Part shown: positions 35,615 through 45,105 of the stretch, piece by piece | Position numbering within the stretch: the first letter of the stretch is position 1 | Layout: every line of letters begins with the position of its first letter | Assembly: GCA_016283295.1 (NCBI GenBank) | Contig: JAEEMQ010000009.1 | Coordinates: forward strand, 32,713 to 96,712 | Source: Alphaproteobacteria bacterium | GTDB taxonomy: Bacteria > Pseudomonadota > Alphaproteobacteria > RF32 > CAG-239 | DNA length: 64,000 nucleotides | Direction of reading: 5' to 3' | Program-made: the position numbers and the translations under genes | The notes under the pieces: model-generated | What the model was told of the DNA's origin: nothing | The model's input: the letters and a program-made list of their open reading frames with translations, nothing else | Database searches by the model: none

Positions 35615-36220
35615 TCAGCCGATAACGAGTGAAAACTCGGTGGCGGAAGCATCGAGTTTCATCGGCACGTCTTCGCCCAAAAGTTCGCGCAAATAAATAA
35701 GTTGCGCATATTGCGAAATGTTGTCATTCGGCTTTTGCCCGCCGATTACGGTTTTATAGGCATTGATTTCCGCTTCCTGGAATTTGTAGTCGGTGACGGC
35801 CTTAACCGTGATGTTGTCTTTATTGATGCCGATATTGATTTGTCCGCCCTTAATGAAAATATCGGCGGCGGTCATAACGCACAGACACACCATTTTGGAA
35901 AGTTGCGGCGATACGCCCTGAAAATTTAAGGAAATCGGATAATTGCGGGTGCCGACGGTTGATATGTAGCGCTCGCACAGTTCTTTCAATTCCTCGGTAC
36001 TGTGCGCCGCGGTGGTCATACCGAATGCCACCCGGAAGAATTTTTGCCGTGCGTTTAATAAGTATGAGGCGGTTTCCAATAGTTTGCGGGTTTCGCCGTC
36101 CATGGCACCGTCGGGACCGATAAATTCCAACACGTTTTGCAGGGTGCCGATATTGCCGATTAAATCGTGGCAGGTTCTGGTCAATATAATTTCCGCCAAT
36201 TCGGTTTTTTCGTAAGACAT
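35615..36220 (-). CDS. ChpT-like histidine phosphotransferase (HPTransfase family)
   Basis: ILTRTCHDLIGNIGTLQNVLEFI and FFRVAFG align with the Caulobacter ChpT His-box region (LCHDFISP..., FTRVAFG). Confidence 0.6.
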   Translation of the reverse strand: MSYEKTELAEIILTRTCHDLIGNIGTLQNVLEFIGPDGAMDGETRKLLETASYLLNARQKFFRVAFGMTTAAHSTEELKELCERYISTVGTRNYPISLNFQGVSPQLSKMVCLCVMTAADIFIKGGQINIGINKDNITVKAVTDYKFQEAEINAYKTVIGGQKPNDNISQYAQLIYLRELLGEDVPMKLDASATEFSLVIG

Positions 36221-36229
36221 TTTTCACTC

Positions 36230-37111
36230 CTAAAAAGTATAAACGGCCGTATGGATGAATTTTTGGTCTTCACGCGCCATTCTGGCATGATCCAGGCTCA
36301 ACAGTATCGGGTCCTGTAAAATCAGATATCCGGTTTCGGCGTGCAGGCTCGGTTTGTTGAAGCCGAGTCCCCATGTTACCTGTTCTTTGTTATCCGGAAC
36401 GCCGTATTTCTGGCTGATTTTCTTCCAAAACTCAATGATTTTGATATTGCGCAAATATTTGGCTTTGGCACCGCTGCCCCTGACATCGGATGCCGGGGAT
36501 TTATATTCGATTATGTAGGCCTTATTGCCGGTAAAGTTGCTGGTAAATTTGACGCGAACCGTCTCCTTGGTTTGAAAATTGCTGAAAGTGAGGCGTTCAA
36601 CGTATTGATAATTGTTTTTCTTTGCCAATTTGGTAACGCAGCTGTTTATGCGTTCGTAGCCGGTGACGTTTTTGTTGCGGCACAATTCCTCATAGCGCCA
36701 ACGGATAAAGTTAGGAATTCTGACATCGGCGCTGACGCGGCGGTATCCGTGTTTGGTGATGGCTTCTTCCGCCTGTTGGCGGTTCATGTGCAGCATCACG
36801 CCGGCAATATCAAACACCGAAGCGTTGGAGCGCTTTATCGGTGCGACTTGTTCCGGCTTGGAAGTAAAAACGTTGGTGGTACCGCTCAGAATGTTGGCAA
36901 TTTTATCGCCGAATCCTTGTTTTTTATCTTCTTGAGTTTCCGAGGCAGGCTTAGTGGTCGGTTTCGGTTTTTTAAGCTGGGTCGAAGCCGGGTCCTGATC
37001 GATAAAGTCGACCAAATCGGCCGAGTCGGAAGCAGAATCGTCGGCGCGCGCAACACCGCCGGAGCACACTCCGTATAATAAAGCCAATATAAAAAATATT
37101 TTACGATTCAT
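36230..37111 (-). CDS. secreted hypothetical protein
   Basis: Signal peptide MNRKIFFILALLYGVCSGGVARA; 9 bp upstream of and co-directional with the ChpT-like gene. Confidence 0.6.
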   Translation of the reverse strand: MNRKIFFILALLYGVCSGGVARADDSASDSADLVDFIDQDPASTQLKKPKPTTKPASETQEDKKQGFGDKIANILSGTTNVFTSKPEQVAPIKRSNASVFDIAGVMLHMNRQQAEEAITKHGYRRVSADVRIPNFIRWRYEELCRNKNVTGYERINSCVTKLAKKNNYQYVERLTFSNFQTKETVRVKFTSNFTGNKAYIIEYKSPASDVRGSGAKAKYLRNIKIIEFWKKISQKYGVPDNKEQVTWGLGFNKPSLHAETGYLILQDPILLSLDHARMAREDQKFIHTAVYTF

Positions 37112-37231
37112 ATTCGTTTCCGCCTTGCTGTTTGCGCCGATTATATATGTTTTGATTTAAAAAAGACTTAATTTTGTTGTTTACATCTGCTTAAAATGAA
37201 TATAAATTAGGCGCAACAATAAGGGGAAGGC

Positions 37232-38578
37232 ATGAATAAAACTTTGCATATTATCGGTGCCGGTTTGGCAGGTTCCGAGGCGGCGTGGCAGGCGGCCGAG
37301 CGGGGCATAAGCGTAAAACTTTTTGAGATGAAGCCGCATAAGTTTTCGCCGGCGCATAAAAACCGGAATTTCGGGGAACTGGTATGTTCAAATTCGCTGC
37401 GTTCCGACGATTTTGCGCATAATGCGGTCGGTCTGATGCATGAGGAAATGCGCCGTTTCGGTTCGCTCGTTATGCGCTGTGCCGATGAGTGTAAGGTTCC
37501 GGCCGGCGGTGCGTTGGCGGTTGACCGCGAACGTTTTGCCGAGATGATTACCGCGGCCTTGCAACAGCACCCGAATATTGAAATTATCTCCGGTGAAATT
37601 ACCGAATTTCCGGCAGAAGATGCTCCGCTGACGATTATTGCCACCGGTCCGCTGACCAGCCCGGATTTTACGGCGGCGATTTTGCAGAAAATCAATAACC
37701 GCTCGCTGTCGTTTTATGATGCAATTGCGCCGGTGGTGTATAAGGAAAGCATCAATTTTGATCGGGCATGGTATCAGTCGCGCTATGATAAGGGCGATAA
37801 GTTTGATTATATCAACTGCCCGATGAACAAAGAAGAATATTATAATTTTGTGGAGGCAATTTTGGCAGCGGAAAAAATGCCGTTTCACGATTTTGAGGAA
37901 CCGCATTATTTTGACGGCTGTCTGCCGATTGAAGTTATGGCGGAACGCGGTAAAGACACTCTGCTGTTCGGGCCGATGAAGCCGGTGGGGCTGACCGATC
38001 CGCACAGTACGGAAAAGCCTTATGCGGTGGTGCAGTTGCGGCAGGATAACAAAGAGGATACGTTGCGCAATATCGTCGGTTTTCAAACCAAGTTGAAACA
38101 CGGCGAACAGGAGCGAATCTTCAGAATGATTCCGGGGTTGGAAAAAGCCGAGTTTGCGCGTTTGGGCGGGATTCATAAGAATACGTTTATCAACAGCCCG
38201 GAGTTGCTGGATGAGTTTTTGCGGCTGAAAACGCAGCAAAATGTGATGTTTGCCGGCCAAATCAGCGGATGTGAAGGCTATGTGGAGAGCGCCGATGTCG
38301 GAATGTTTGCCGGCTATTTTGCGGCGTGTTTGTTGCAGGGCAAAACGCCGATAAGACCGCCGAAAACAACGGCCGGCGGGGCAATGTTGGAGCACTTGCG
38401 CGATACGACGGCGGAATATCAGCCGATGAATATTAACTTCGGTATTTTCCCGACGATTCAGGGCGAGATTACCGCAAACGGAAAATTCCGCAAAATCAAG
38501 GGCGCGGACCGCAAAGAGGCATATTGCCGTCGTGCGTTGGATGATTTTGCCGCGTGGCAGGCGCAAGTCAATGTTTGA
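37232..38578 (+). CDS. trmFO: methylenetetrahydrofolate--tRNA-(uracil54-C5)-methyltransferase TrmFO
   Basis: HIIGAGLAGSEAAWQ FAD-binding N-terminus; full-length 448-aa match to the TrmFO/Gid family. Confidence 0.9.
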   Translation: MNKTLHIIGAGLAGSEAAWQAAERGISVKLFEMKPHKFSPAHKNRNFGELVCSNSLRSDDFAHNAVGLMHEEMRRFGSLVMRCADECKVPAGGALAVDRERFAEMITAALQQHPNIEIISGEITEFPAEDAPLTIIATGPLTSPDFTAAILQKINNRSLSFYDAIAPVVYKESINFDRAWYQSRYDKGDKFDYINCPMNKEEYYNFVEAILAAEKMPFHDFEEPHYFDGCLPIEVMAERGKDTLLFGPMKPVGLTDPHSTEKPYAVVQLRQDNKEDTLRNIVGFQTKLKHGEQERIFRMIPGLEKAEFARLGGIHKNTFINSPELLDEFLRLKTQQNVMFAGQISGCEGYVESADVGMFAGYFAACLLQGKTPIRPPKTTAGGAMLEHLRDTTAEYQPMNINFGIFPTIQGEITANGKFRKIKGADRKEAYCRRALDDFAAWQAQVNV

Positions 38579-39287
38579 AGATTTGGAAAAAATACTGAAA
38601 CCGCAATATCGCCCGTTATGGCGCGATTATTGTCGTTTTTTGCAGCTGGGACGAGAGCATTTTTTCGGCGGCGAATCGGCCGCACTAAAAACCGAGCGGA
38701 TAAGGCTGTTGGAGAGGGCAATACGCAAGGATTTTCCGCTTAAAAACACGCTGTTGGGGCGTTTGCAAAAGGCATTTGTGGCTGAGAATTTATCGCTGTA
38801 TCTTTTGTTGGAGCCGTTGCAAGCCTGGCAGTGGGCGGCGGCCGTGAGAAAAACGGAAACGGAGGCGCGGGTTTCGGAAATTATCGGGCGTATAGCCGCA
38901 CCGGCCGCACGAATGCTGATGGTGTTGAGCGATGAAAGTCCGAGCACGTATCTGCCGATGACGTCGCTGTTGACGGCACGTTGGTTGCTGAGTGAGTTGG
39001 AACATAAGTCGGAATTGCTGGCCAAGGTTAAGAAAACGCGGCGCTTTTGGTTCGGGAAGTTGCGGGGTTTGTTGAAAAATGCCTTTGTCATATTGGCCGT
39101 GGTAAAGTCAAAAAGCCTGAAGTTCAAACTGGCAAAGGAACTTAATACGCTGGCCGTGATGAGCGAAAAATTGCAGAATAATAAACAGCCGCGGCCGGAA
39201 AGGCTTGACCGAATAAAGATTTTTTTGTACAGTTGCTATCAGTTTATGACAATAAAAAGGCGCACCACACAAACAAAAGGAGTTTAA
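38574..39287 (+). CDS. divergent squalene/phytoene-synthase-like protein (HpnC/HpnD superfamily?)
   Basis: Start MFEDLEKIL overlaps the trmFO stop (ATGTTTGA). C-terminal K..RRFWFGKLRGLL resembles the SQS-family C-terminus; no Asp-rich motifs recognisable. Confidence 0.4.
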   Translation, partial: FEDLEKILKPQYRPLWRDYCRFLQLGREHFFGGESAALKTERIRLLERAIRKDFPLKNTLLGRLQKAFVAENLSLYLLLEPLQAWQWAAAVRKTETEARVSEIIGRIAAPAARMLMVLSDESPSTYLPMTSLLTARWLLSELEHKSELLAKVKKTRRFWFGKLRGLLKNAFVILAVVKSKSLKFKLAKELNTLAVMSEKLQNNKQPRPERLDRIKIFLYSCYQFMTIKRRTTQTKGV

Positions 39288-40118
39288 ATGCTGTCGCTGG
39301 GAGATATGGTTAAACGTTCGCAACCGTCGCTGTTTTGGTGTATGCTGGGTATCAGCAAGGCACAGCGCGAGGCGGTGTTTACGGTGTTTGCTTTTTGCCG
39401 TCATTTGAACGGAATTTTGCTTTCGGATATGGATATTGCCGAGAAACGGGATATTTTGAAAACCTGGCGCGAAGAGCTGGATAATATTTATGATAAAAAA
39501 GTCCCGGTTACCAATATCGGCCGCAAAATATATAAGAATTGTATTCGCTTCGATTTACCGAAATCGGCGTGGCTGAGTATTTTGGACGCGGCGACGTGGG
39601 ATGCGGAAAATAACGGTACGGCCCCGACCCGGGAAGAATTTGACTCGTATATTTCCGGCGTGTCGATTATGCCGCTGAGTTTGGCTTTGGCGGTGCTTAA
39701 TTCGGGACATCCGAGCGCCAATCAGGAACTGGCCAAATCGTTAGGGCAGGCGGTGATGATAACTTATATTTTGCGTTCGGTAAAGAGCGATGCCAAGCGC
39801 AATCGGGTGTATCTGCCGGCGGAACTTTTGCAGAAAGCCGGAGTGCAGGGCAACTTGCCGCGGAACATTACGGAAGATAAGAATCTGATGTATGCCCGCA
39901 GCGAATTGGCTAAGATTGCCGAAAGCGGATTTAATAAGGCCGAGCGCTTGCTATCTAAAATGAACAAGACCGACACGCTGTCGCTGCGGCTGATTATGAA
40001 CAATGCCCGCGGAATATTTGATATTATGAGCCGGCGCGGTTGGGAAATTATATCGCCGAAACCGAAACTCGGTTTATTGAAGCGTCTGGTTATTCTGTAT
40101 CGCACGCTGTTTAATTAA
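39288..40118 (+). CDS. squalene/phytoene synthase family protein with degenerate Asp-rich motifs
   Basis: AVFTVFAFCRHLNGILLSDMD matches YAFCR.DDI.D, and YILRSVKSDAKRNRVYLPAELL matches N.LRDV.ED...GR.YLP.E.L, both with Asp substitutions; follows the preceding paralog with no gap. Confidence 0.6.
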   Translation: MLSLGDMVKRSQPSLFWCMLGISKAQREAVFTVFAFCRHLNGILLSDMDIAEKRDILKTWREELDNIYDKKVPVTNIGRKIYKNCIRFDLPKSAWLSILDAATWDAENNGTAPTREEFDSYISGVSIMPLSLALAVLNSGHPSANQELAKSLGQAVMITYILRSVKSDAKRNRVYLPAELLQKAGVQGNLPRNITEDKNLMYARSELAKIAESGFNKAERLLSKMNKTDTLSLRLIMNNARGIFDIMSRRGWEIISPKPKLGLLKRLVILYRTLFN

Positions 40119-40125
40119 TACGTTT

Positions 40126-41595
40126 TTATAAATCAGTCAGGCGGGCCGTCGGATATACGGTTCCGGCCGGATATTTGTGTTCCGCTTCTTTGACGGCCGC
40201 ATAAATCAAATCTTTTATACGCACCAGCCGATTATTTTTCATCAGCGTTTCTTTGGCGAGCGGACGCAGCATATCGTAGCCGATTTCGCCGGCGCCGATA
40301 AACGGGTCTATGGCGCAGAGATATTCGTCTTCGGGGTGTAGCGGATTACCGTCAGTATCAAAAAGCGGCGCGTTATTTACGGTTATTTGTTTAACTTCGC
40401 CGAAGCCGTCGGCGTTTTTGCCGCAGGTCAGTTTCAGGTTTTGCGAGCATTGCAAAAAGCGGGTGTTGCCGTAGCGCTGAATATAGCGGTTGCGCACGGC
40501 ATTGTTGAATATTTCTTTGAGAATTTGCGGCGATAAGAGCACGGTTTGTACCGGCGTCGGCGCCGAAAAAACACGCTCCAGATTATATACGGTCAGAATC
40601 TTATCTTTTTCATAGCGCAGAGAATGCGTCAGATAACCGGTGGAGAGCAGAGCCAAGTCGGCTTTGGCTGCCAAACGCATTTGGTCGGCGGTAAAAGTGC
40701 CGATGGAGCAAAAATCGGAATAAGAACGCGGCAAATCCAAAATGCTCGGGGCTACCGGAACATTCAATCCGCCGGCTTCTTCGTACGAGGCAATCATCGG
40801 CTCAAACAGCGGATTCAGCGGTTCGGTCCGGCTGCTGACGGTTTCTACCCGTTCCGCCACGGGTTCCGCTTTAGCAAAAGACATTTTGAAATGCAACATA
40901 TTGCGGCTGAACGCGGACGGATAATAAGTTTTTTGCTCCGGATTGGGTTCTACCGGCGAATGTTCGTGGCCGCCGATGATTAAATCTACCCGCAAATTGT
41001 TTTGTACGGCGAGATTCCATAAATTTTCGCTACTGTCGCGCAGGGCATGGTTGAGAATAATCAGCGCATCGGGATTAATCTCTCTGACGGTATTGAACAT
41101 AGATACGAAAGTTTCGGCAATATTATCCAAGCGCAGATTGTATTTTTGCAACCGGATATAGTTGATGCAAAAAGCGGTAACCATAATTTTTTTGCCGCCG
41201 ATATCAAGCAAGATGTAAGGCTTTACCCACTCCGGACATTCTCCGGTTGCGGTATTTTTCAGATTTGCGCATAAAAAATGAATGTCGGCCCGGTTGAAAC
41301 AGTCGGCGGTTTGCTGCAAAAATTCAATATCTTTGCTGTCAAAGCCGAAATCGTTGTTGCCGAGCGCCAGTATAATTTCGGCCTCCGGCAACTTTTGGCG
41401 CAGGAGCAGATATTCTTCAACGCATAACCTGCGGTCGTAAATTCCCTTGAATAAATCACCACCGTCGCAGACTAAGGTGTTGCGGCCGTTTTGCGGTGCG
41501 CGACACATAATACCGCTGAGCAGACAGCCGAGTTTTCGGGCTTCCTGGTGACAATCGGTTAAGGCAAAAATATCTATTTCTTCACTTTTATTCAT
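40126..41595 (-). CDS. calcineurin-like metallophosphoesterase / 5'-nucleotidase family protein
   Basis: GDLFKG, LALGNNDFGFD and IIGGHEHS metallophosphatase motifs plus a C-terminal nucleotidase-like domain. Confidence 0.7.
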   Translation of the reverse strand: MNKSEEIDIFALTDCHQEARKLGCLLSGIMCRAPQNGRNTLVCDGGDLFKGIYDRRLCVEEYLLLRQKLPEAEIILALGNNDFGFDSKDIEFLQQTADCFNRADIHFLCANLKNTATGECPEWVKPYILLDIGGKKIMVTAFCINYIRLQKYNLRLDNIAETFVSMFNTVREINPDALIILNHALRDSSENLWNLAVQNNLRVDLIIGGHEHSPVEPNPEQKTYYPSAFSRNMLHFKMSFAKAEPVAERVETVSSRTEPLNPLFEPMIASYEEAGGLNVPVAPSILDLPRSYSDFCSIGTFTADQMRLAAKADLALLSTGYLTHSLRYEKDKILTVYNLERVFSAPTPVQTVLLSPQILKEIFNNAVRNRYIQRYGNTRFLQCSQNLKLTCGKNADGFGEVKQITVNNAPLFDTDGNPLHPEDEYLCAIDPFIGAGEIGYDMLRPLAKETLMKNNRLVRIKDLIYAAVKEAEHKYPAGTVYPTARLTDL

Positions 41596-41705
41596 GGACG
41601 TCTTCTTTTAATGTGTACAAACATACATATTTTTTGCGGTTTATCAATAAAAAATTAAAAATAACGCGCTATATGTTGCATATAAACAGTTTAGAGGCAA
41701 AGAAA

Positions 41706-42359
41706 ATGAAAAAAGTTTTATTAATCGGTTTGAGTCTGCTGGTTGCGGCCTGTGCGCAAAGTCCGTATCGTTTGAAGGTGAACAGCGCCATGGGTAACGA
41801 ACACGGGCAGAGCATTTATTTCAGAAGCAATATGCGCAGTACGTATGCGGCGCAAATTCGGCGTGTTTTGGGCAAAAAATTCGGGGAGATCGGGATGCAG
41901 ACGGCGACTTCGGCCGAAAATGCCGACTTTATCGCGATTTTTGACGTGGAAACGTTTTATGCCGACGGCGGTACGTACATCAATACCACCTACAACAATA
42001 CGGAAAACGATGCGCCGCTGTTTACCGATGCTACCGACGGCAGCACTCTGGATTATTCGGGTAATGCCAATATGAAGGTGGATAAAGATAAAACCTGCTT
42101 TACCTTGAAAATAGGGCGGAAAAATACTTCGCACCTGAGCTATGATTCGTCTTTCTGCGCCGATGCGGTGGAAGATACGGAAGAAATGTTGCCGAAGATT
42201 TTGGATATATACTCAAAATACGGCAATTATGAAAGAGCCGATATCGGAGTGCAATGTTTAAGCGACACCGAAGGCGCGATTTCGTGCGACGTGGTGCACG
42301 ATCAGCAAAGAGCGTTTATGAACTCGTTGTGGATTGATTCGGCAATAACCGACGACTAA
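41706..42359 (+). CDS. lipoprotein (hypothetical)
   Basis: GAGG RBS; MKKVLLIGLSLLVAAC lipobox. Confidence 0.6.
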   Translation: MKKVLLIGLSLLVAACAQSPYRLKVNSAMGNEHGQSIYFRSNMRSTYAAQIRRVLGKKFGEIGMQTATSAENADFIAIFDVETFYADGGTYINTTYNNTENDAPLFTDATDGSTLDYSGNANMKVDKDKTCFTLKIGRKNTSHLSYDSSFCADAVEDTEEMLPKILDIYSKYGNYERADIGVQCLSDTEGAISCDVVHDQQRAFMNSLWIDSAITDD

Positions 42360-42754
42360 CGATGACGCAGTTTAAGCAGGCGTTTTTTGGCGACGGTATA
42401 TTCTTCGTCGGTTAAAAGATTTTCTTTTTTGAGTTCGCTCAGTTTAATCAGCCGCTCGACATCGCTTTGCGGTAACGGCAGAAGTTTGCGCAAAAACAGC
42501 GAATAAACAGCAAACAGCAAAATATAACAAATAAAAAAGCTGAAAAAATTGAACCAGAGATGAAAGCCGAAAAACGTTATCAAAGCATATTCAAACAAGG
42601 CGGCCAGAATAAAAAGCGTGGCGTGCAACGGATGCAAAACCAACAAAATCAGCGCCCATCCGGCAAAGATGGCGGCGGTGGTCAGCAAAGATACCGAAGT
42701 ACCCAAAATGGTGCCGCCGGCAGATAAAAAAGGTATTGACGATAAAATGTTCAT
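42356..42754 (-). CDS. membrane protein with C-terminal SHOCT domain
   Basis: Three hydrophobic helices, then SDVERLIKLSELKKENLLTDEEYTVAKKRLL matching the SHOCT motif. Confidence 0.55.
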   Translation of the reverse strand: MNILSSIPFLSAGGTILGTSVSLLTTAAIFAGWALILLVLHPLHATLFILAALFEYALITFFGFHLWFNFFSFFICYILLFAVYSLFLRKLLPLPQSDVERLIKLSELKKENLLTDEEYTVAKKRLLKLRHR

Positions 42755-42943
42755 AATCTTTCTCCGTTATCAATGTAAAAAAAAGCTGCCGAAAAATCAA
42801 TAATAATTTTAAGGCGGCGGAGATTTACGGCGACGGCACCAAAGCGCCAAAAGTTTTTAAGATTGCACCGATGTTACTATTTACTTGACAAGCGGTGTTT
42901 GAATCATTATCTTTTCAGCATAACGACAATAAGGAGCAGATTA

Positions 42944-43561
42944 ATGAAAAAAGCAGAAAATGTTAAAGAATTTGTTGAAAGAATTGATGCTTCCAAGAAG
43001 ATGAATCCGAAAGATTTGTCTTCGGATCAGGATTTGAGTATCGCGATTATGAATCTGATTTCAATAGAGGAACATTTGGTGTTTTCCGGCGCCAAAACCG
43101 GCAAAAATTCGTATTATGACCTGATTAAAGATATCAGAGAAACGCGCAAAAACCTGTTGCAAAAAATCATTCCGAGTTATGAGGGCGAAGTCTGGTGCAT
43201 TTCCAAGCACTTGCTGGCTACCTCGATGCGCCTGATGGAAGTCGGCACCAAGCAGCAATCGCTCGGCCGGGATGATGAGGCTTATAAGTTGTTTAATTCC
43301 GCTTATGATATGTATTGCCTGTTTTGGGGTTTGAATATGGGAATGATTGAAACCAAAAATCTGAAATGGGTTGAGCCGGAAGTGGAGGAACTGAAAAAGA
43401 TTACAGCTAAGGCTAATGAAACATTGAAAGATGTTGCGGTCAGCGAATCGGCTCCGGCAGCGGCTGCGGCTGCGGAACCTGAACCGGTTGCGGAAAGCGG
43501 CGGCGCTTTGGCTAAGATGAAAAATTTGGTGCGTAAAGCCGTTAATTGTTGTATCGAGTAA
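42944..43561 (+). CDS. hypothetical cytoplasmic protein
   Basis: Start MKKAENVKEF with AAGGAG RBS; Ala/Pro-rich linker; ends in NCCIE. Confidence 0.55.
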   Translation: MKKAENVKEFVERIDASKKMNPKDLSSDQDLSIAIMNLISIEEHLVFSGAKTGKNSYYDLIKDIRETRKNLLQKIIPSYEGEVWCISKHLLATSMRLMEVGTKQQSLGRDDEAYKLFNSAYDMYCLFWGLNMGMIETKNLKWVEPEVEELKKITAKANETLKDVAVSESAPAAAAAAEPEPVAESGGALAKMKNLVRKAVNCCIE

Positions 43562-43566
43562 TAAAA

Positions 43567-43926
43567 ATGTGGCGTAGGATTTTTGTTTGTATGTTGACGT
43601 GCGGCGCGCTGTTGCTGACCGCGTGCGGCCGGGGAGAGGATATTGCTTCTTTGAGCAAAGACGAAGTGTATTTTTTCTATCAGGAAACCTGCCCGCATTG
43701 TCACGAGGCGGCGGATTATATCAAAACTAATCATCCGAATTTGCGGATAAAACCGCTGGATATAAAAATGCCGGGGAATCGGCGCTTGTTTGAACAGGCT
43801 GTCAGAAGCTACGGCATCGGGCAACTTGCCGGTACGCCGCTGATTTGCTTCGGCAAACAATATATTATGGGGTGGGGGCCGGATGACGGCGCACTCCTTG
43901 ATAAATATGCCAAGGAATATGAATAA
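43567..43926 (+). CDS. thioredoxin-fold lipoprotein with DsbA-type CPHC active site
   Basis: MWRRIFVCMLTCGALLLTAC lipobox; FYQETCPHCHEA. Confidence 0.6.
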   Translation: MWRRIFVCMLTCGALLLTACGRGEDIASLSKDEVYFFYQETCPHCHEAADYIKTNHPNLRIKPLDIKMPGNRRLFEQAVRSYGIGQLAGTPLICFGKQYIMGWGPDDGALLDKYAKEYE

Positions 43927-43927
43927 A

Positions 43928-43957
43928 GAAAAAGCCGTCGGATTAAGACGGCTTTTT
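43928..43957. terminator. bidirectional terminator between convergent genes
   Basis: aaaaagccgtc-ggattaa-gacggcttttt. Confidence 0.5.
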
Positions 43958-43959
43958 CT

Positions 43960-44265
43960 TTATTTGCGGCGACGCATATTGGGAGGAAATCCGCGCGGAT
44001 TTCCGATTTTGCGCGGCGCATAGGGTTTGCTTCTGGCATCGGCTTGCGCTTTTTCAACCGTGACGCGCTGTATCAGCGCTTGGTCTTTCAGGCGGGAAAC
44101 CTCTTTTTTAAGGTCTTCGGCGGAGATGTTTTTCTCGTTTTTTTCATCAAAAATGAGAGTAATAACATCTATACCGTACTCGTCGCGGAGCATTTGCACA
44201 ATCTCTTGCAAAGCGCCGTCGGCAACAAAGACCAGTTTTTCGGCGATTGCTTTGATATCTGCCAT
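43960..44265 (-). CDS. hypothetical small protein with basic C-terminal tail
   Basis: 101 aa; C-terminus RSKPYAPRKIGNPRGFPPNMRRRK. Confidence 0.5.
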   Translation of the reverse strand: MADIKAIAEKLVFVADGALQEIVQMLRDEYGIDVITLIFDEKNEKNISAEDLKKEVSRLKDQALIQRVTVEKAQADARSKPYAPRKIGNPRGFPPNMRRRK

Positions 44266-44277
44266 AACCGACGGATT

Positions 44278-44895
44278 TTAGTAGCGTCTGCCTTCAAAAA
44301 TCACATCTTGCCCGCGCAGTCTTGACGACAAACGGTTGGGAAAGCGATAGAGGATGACGTTGGAAACATGGCGGTCCAGCACTCCGTCATAAACTTCGCG
44401 GAAGTTCATGGAGGGGAACGTGAGCTCAAACGCATCAACCTCAAGCCAATCGATTTCGGGCGGAATCTGCTGCAATACCTCGTCTACGCTCGGCATCAGG
44501 ATACCATAGAAGGAACCGGTGTCGTGGTAGCAGGTAAATTCGCCTACTTTTTCACGCGGGGGAACCTGCAGCGGTAGGCCTTTGCATCTGACGATTTTTT
44601 TTGGGGTGAAGTCGTAGAGATAACTTCGCCGGCGAATGTCGCACGGGGTACAAAAACACAGCAAATCGGTTTCGCTGAACTCGCCGGAGGTTTTTTTGCG
44701 GGCAGAAAGGTCGCCGGCCTGCACGCGCACCAGGGGTTTGATACGTCGGGCTCGCTCCAACAGTTGTGATACCGGTAGCTGTTCCGAATCGAGAATCTTG
44801 CGCTCGATGTCCAGATAATTTTCTTTTTCGCTCTCGGTGAGAGCACAAGAGTTAAGACGCAGCTTAAATCTCGCAAGTTTTTCTTTTATATCCAT
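44278..44895 (-). CDS. hypothetical protein
   Basis: 205-aa ORF with a Cys cluster LLCFCTPC; no confident family. Confidence 0.5.
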   Translation of the reverse strand: MDIKEKLARFKLRLNSCALTESEKENYLDIERKILDSEQLPVSQLLERARRIKPLVRVQAGDLSARKKTSGEFSETDLLCFCTPCDIRRRSYLYDFTPKKIVRCKGLPLQVPPREKVGEFTCYHDTGSFYGILMPSVDEVLQQIPPEIDWLEVDAFELTFPSMNFREVYDGVLDRHVSNVILYRFPNRLSSRLRGQDVIFEGRRY

Positions 44896-45105
44896 ATATA
44901 AATAAGTTTTTAGCGAGGTTATTATAAAGATAATTCGGTTGTCTTGTCAACATATTGTTGTGGGGCGGCACAATAGGCGATGGGCGGCTTTTCTAAACAT
45001 AAGATAAAAAAATGCTTGCATATCAAATATTTTTGGTGTACAACGCACTTACTTTCGGCACCCCTGGAGGCTGAAAGCGTGTTAATTTTAATAAAGGAAA
45101 ATAAA

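Noticed and set aside
44278-44895. DTW-domain (tRNA aminocarboxypropyltransferase) assignment for the 205-aa protein
   Set aside because: I could not find the C..C....C.C and DGTW motifs convincingly (IDWLEVD is a weak resemblance), so it is left as hypothetical.
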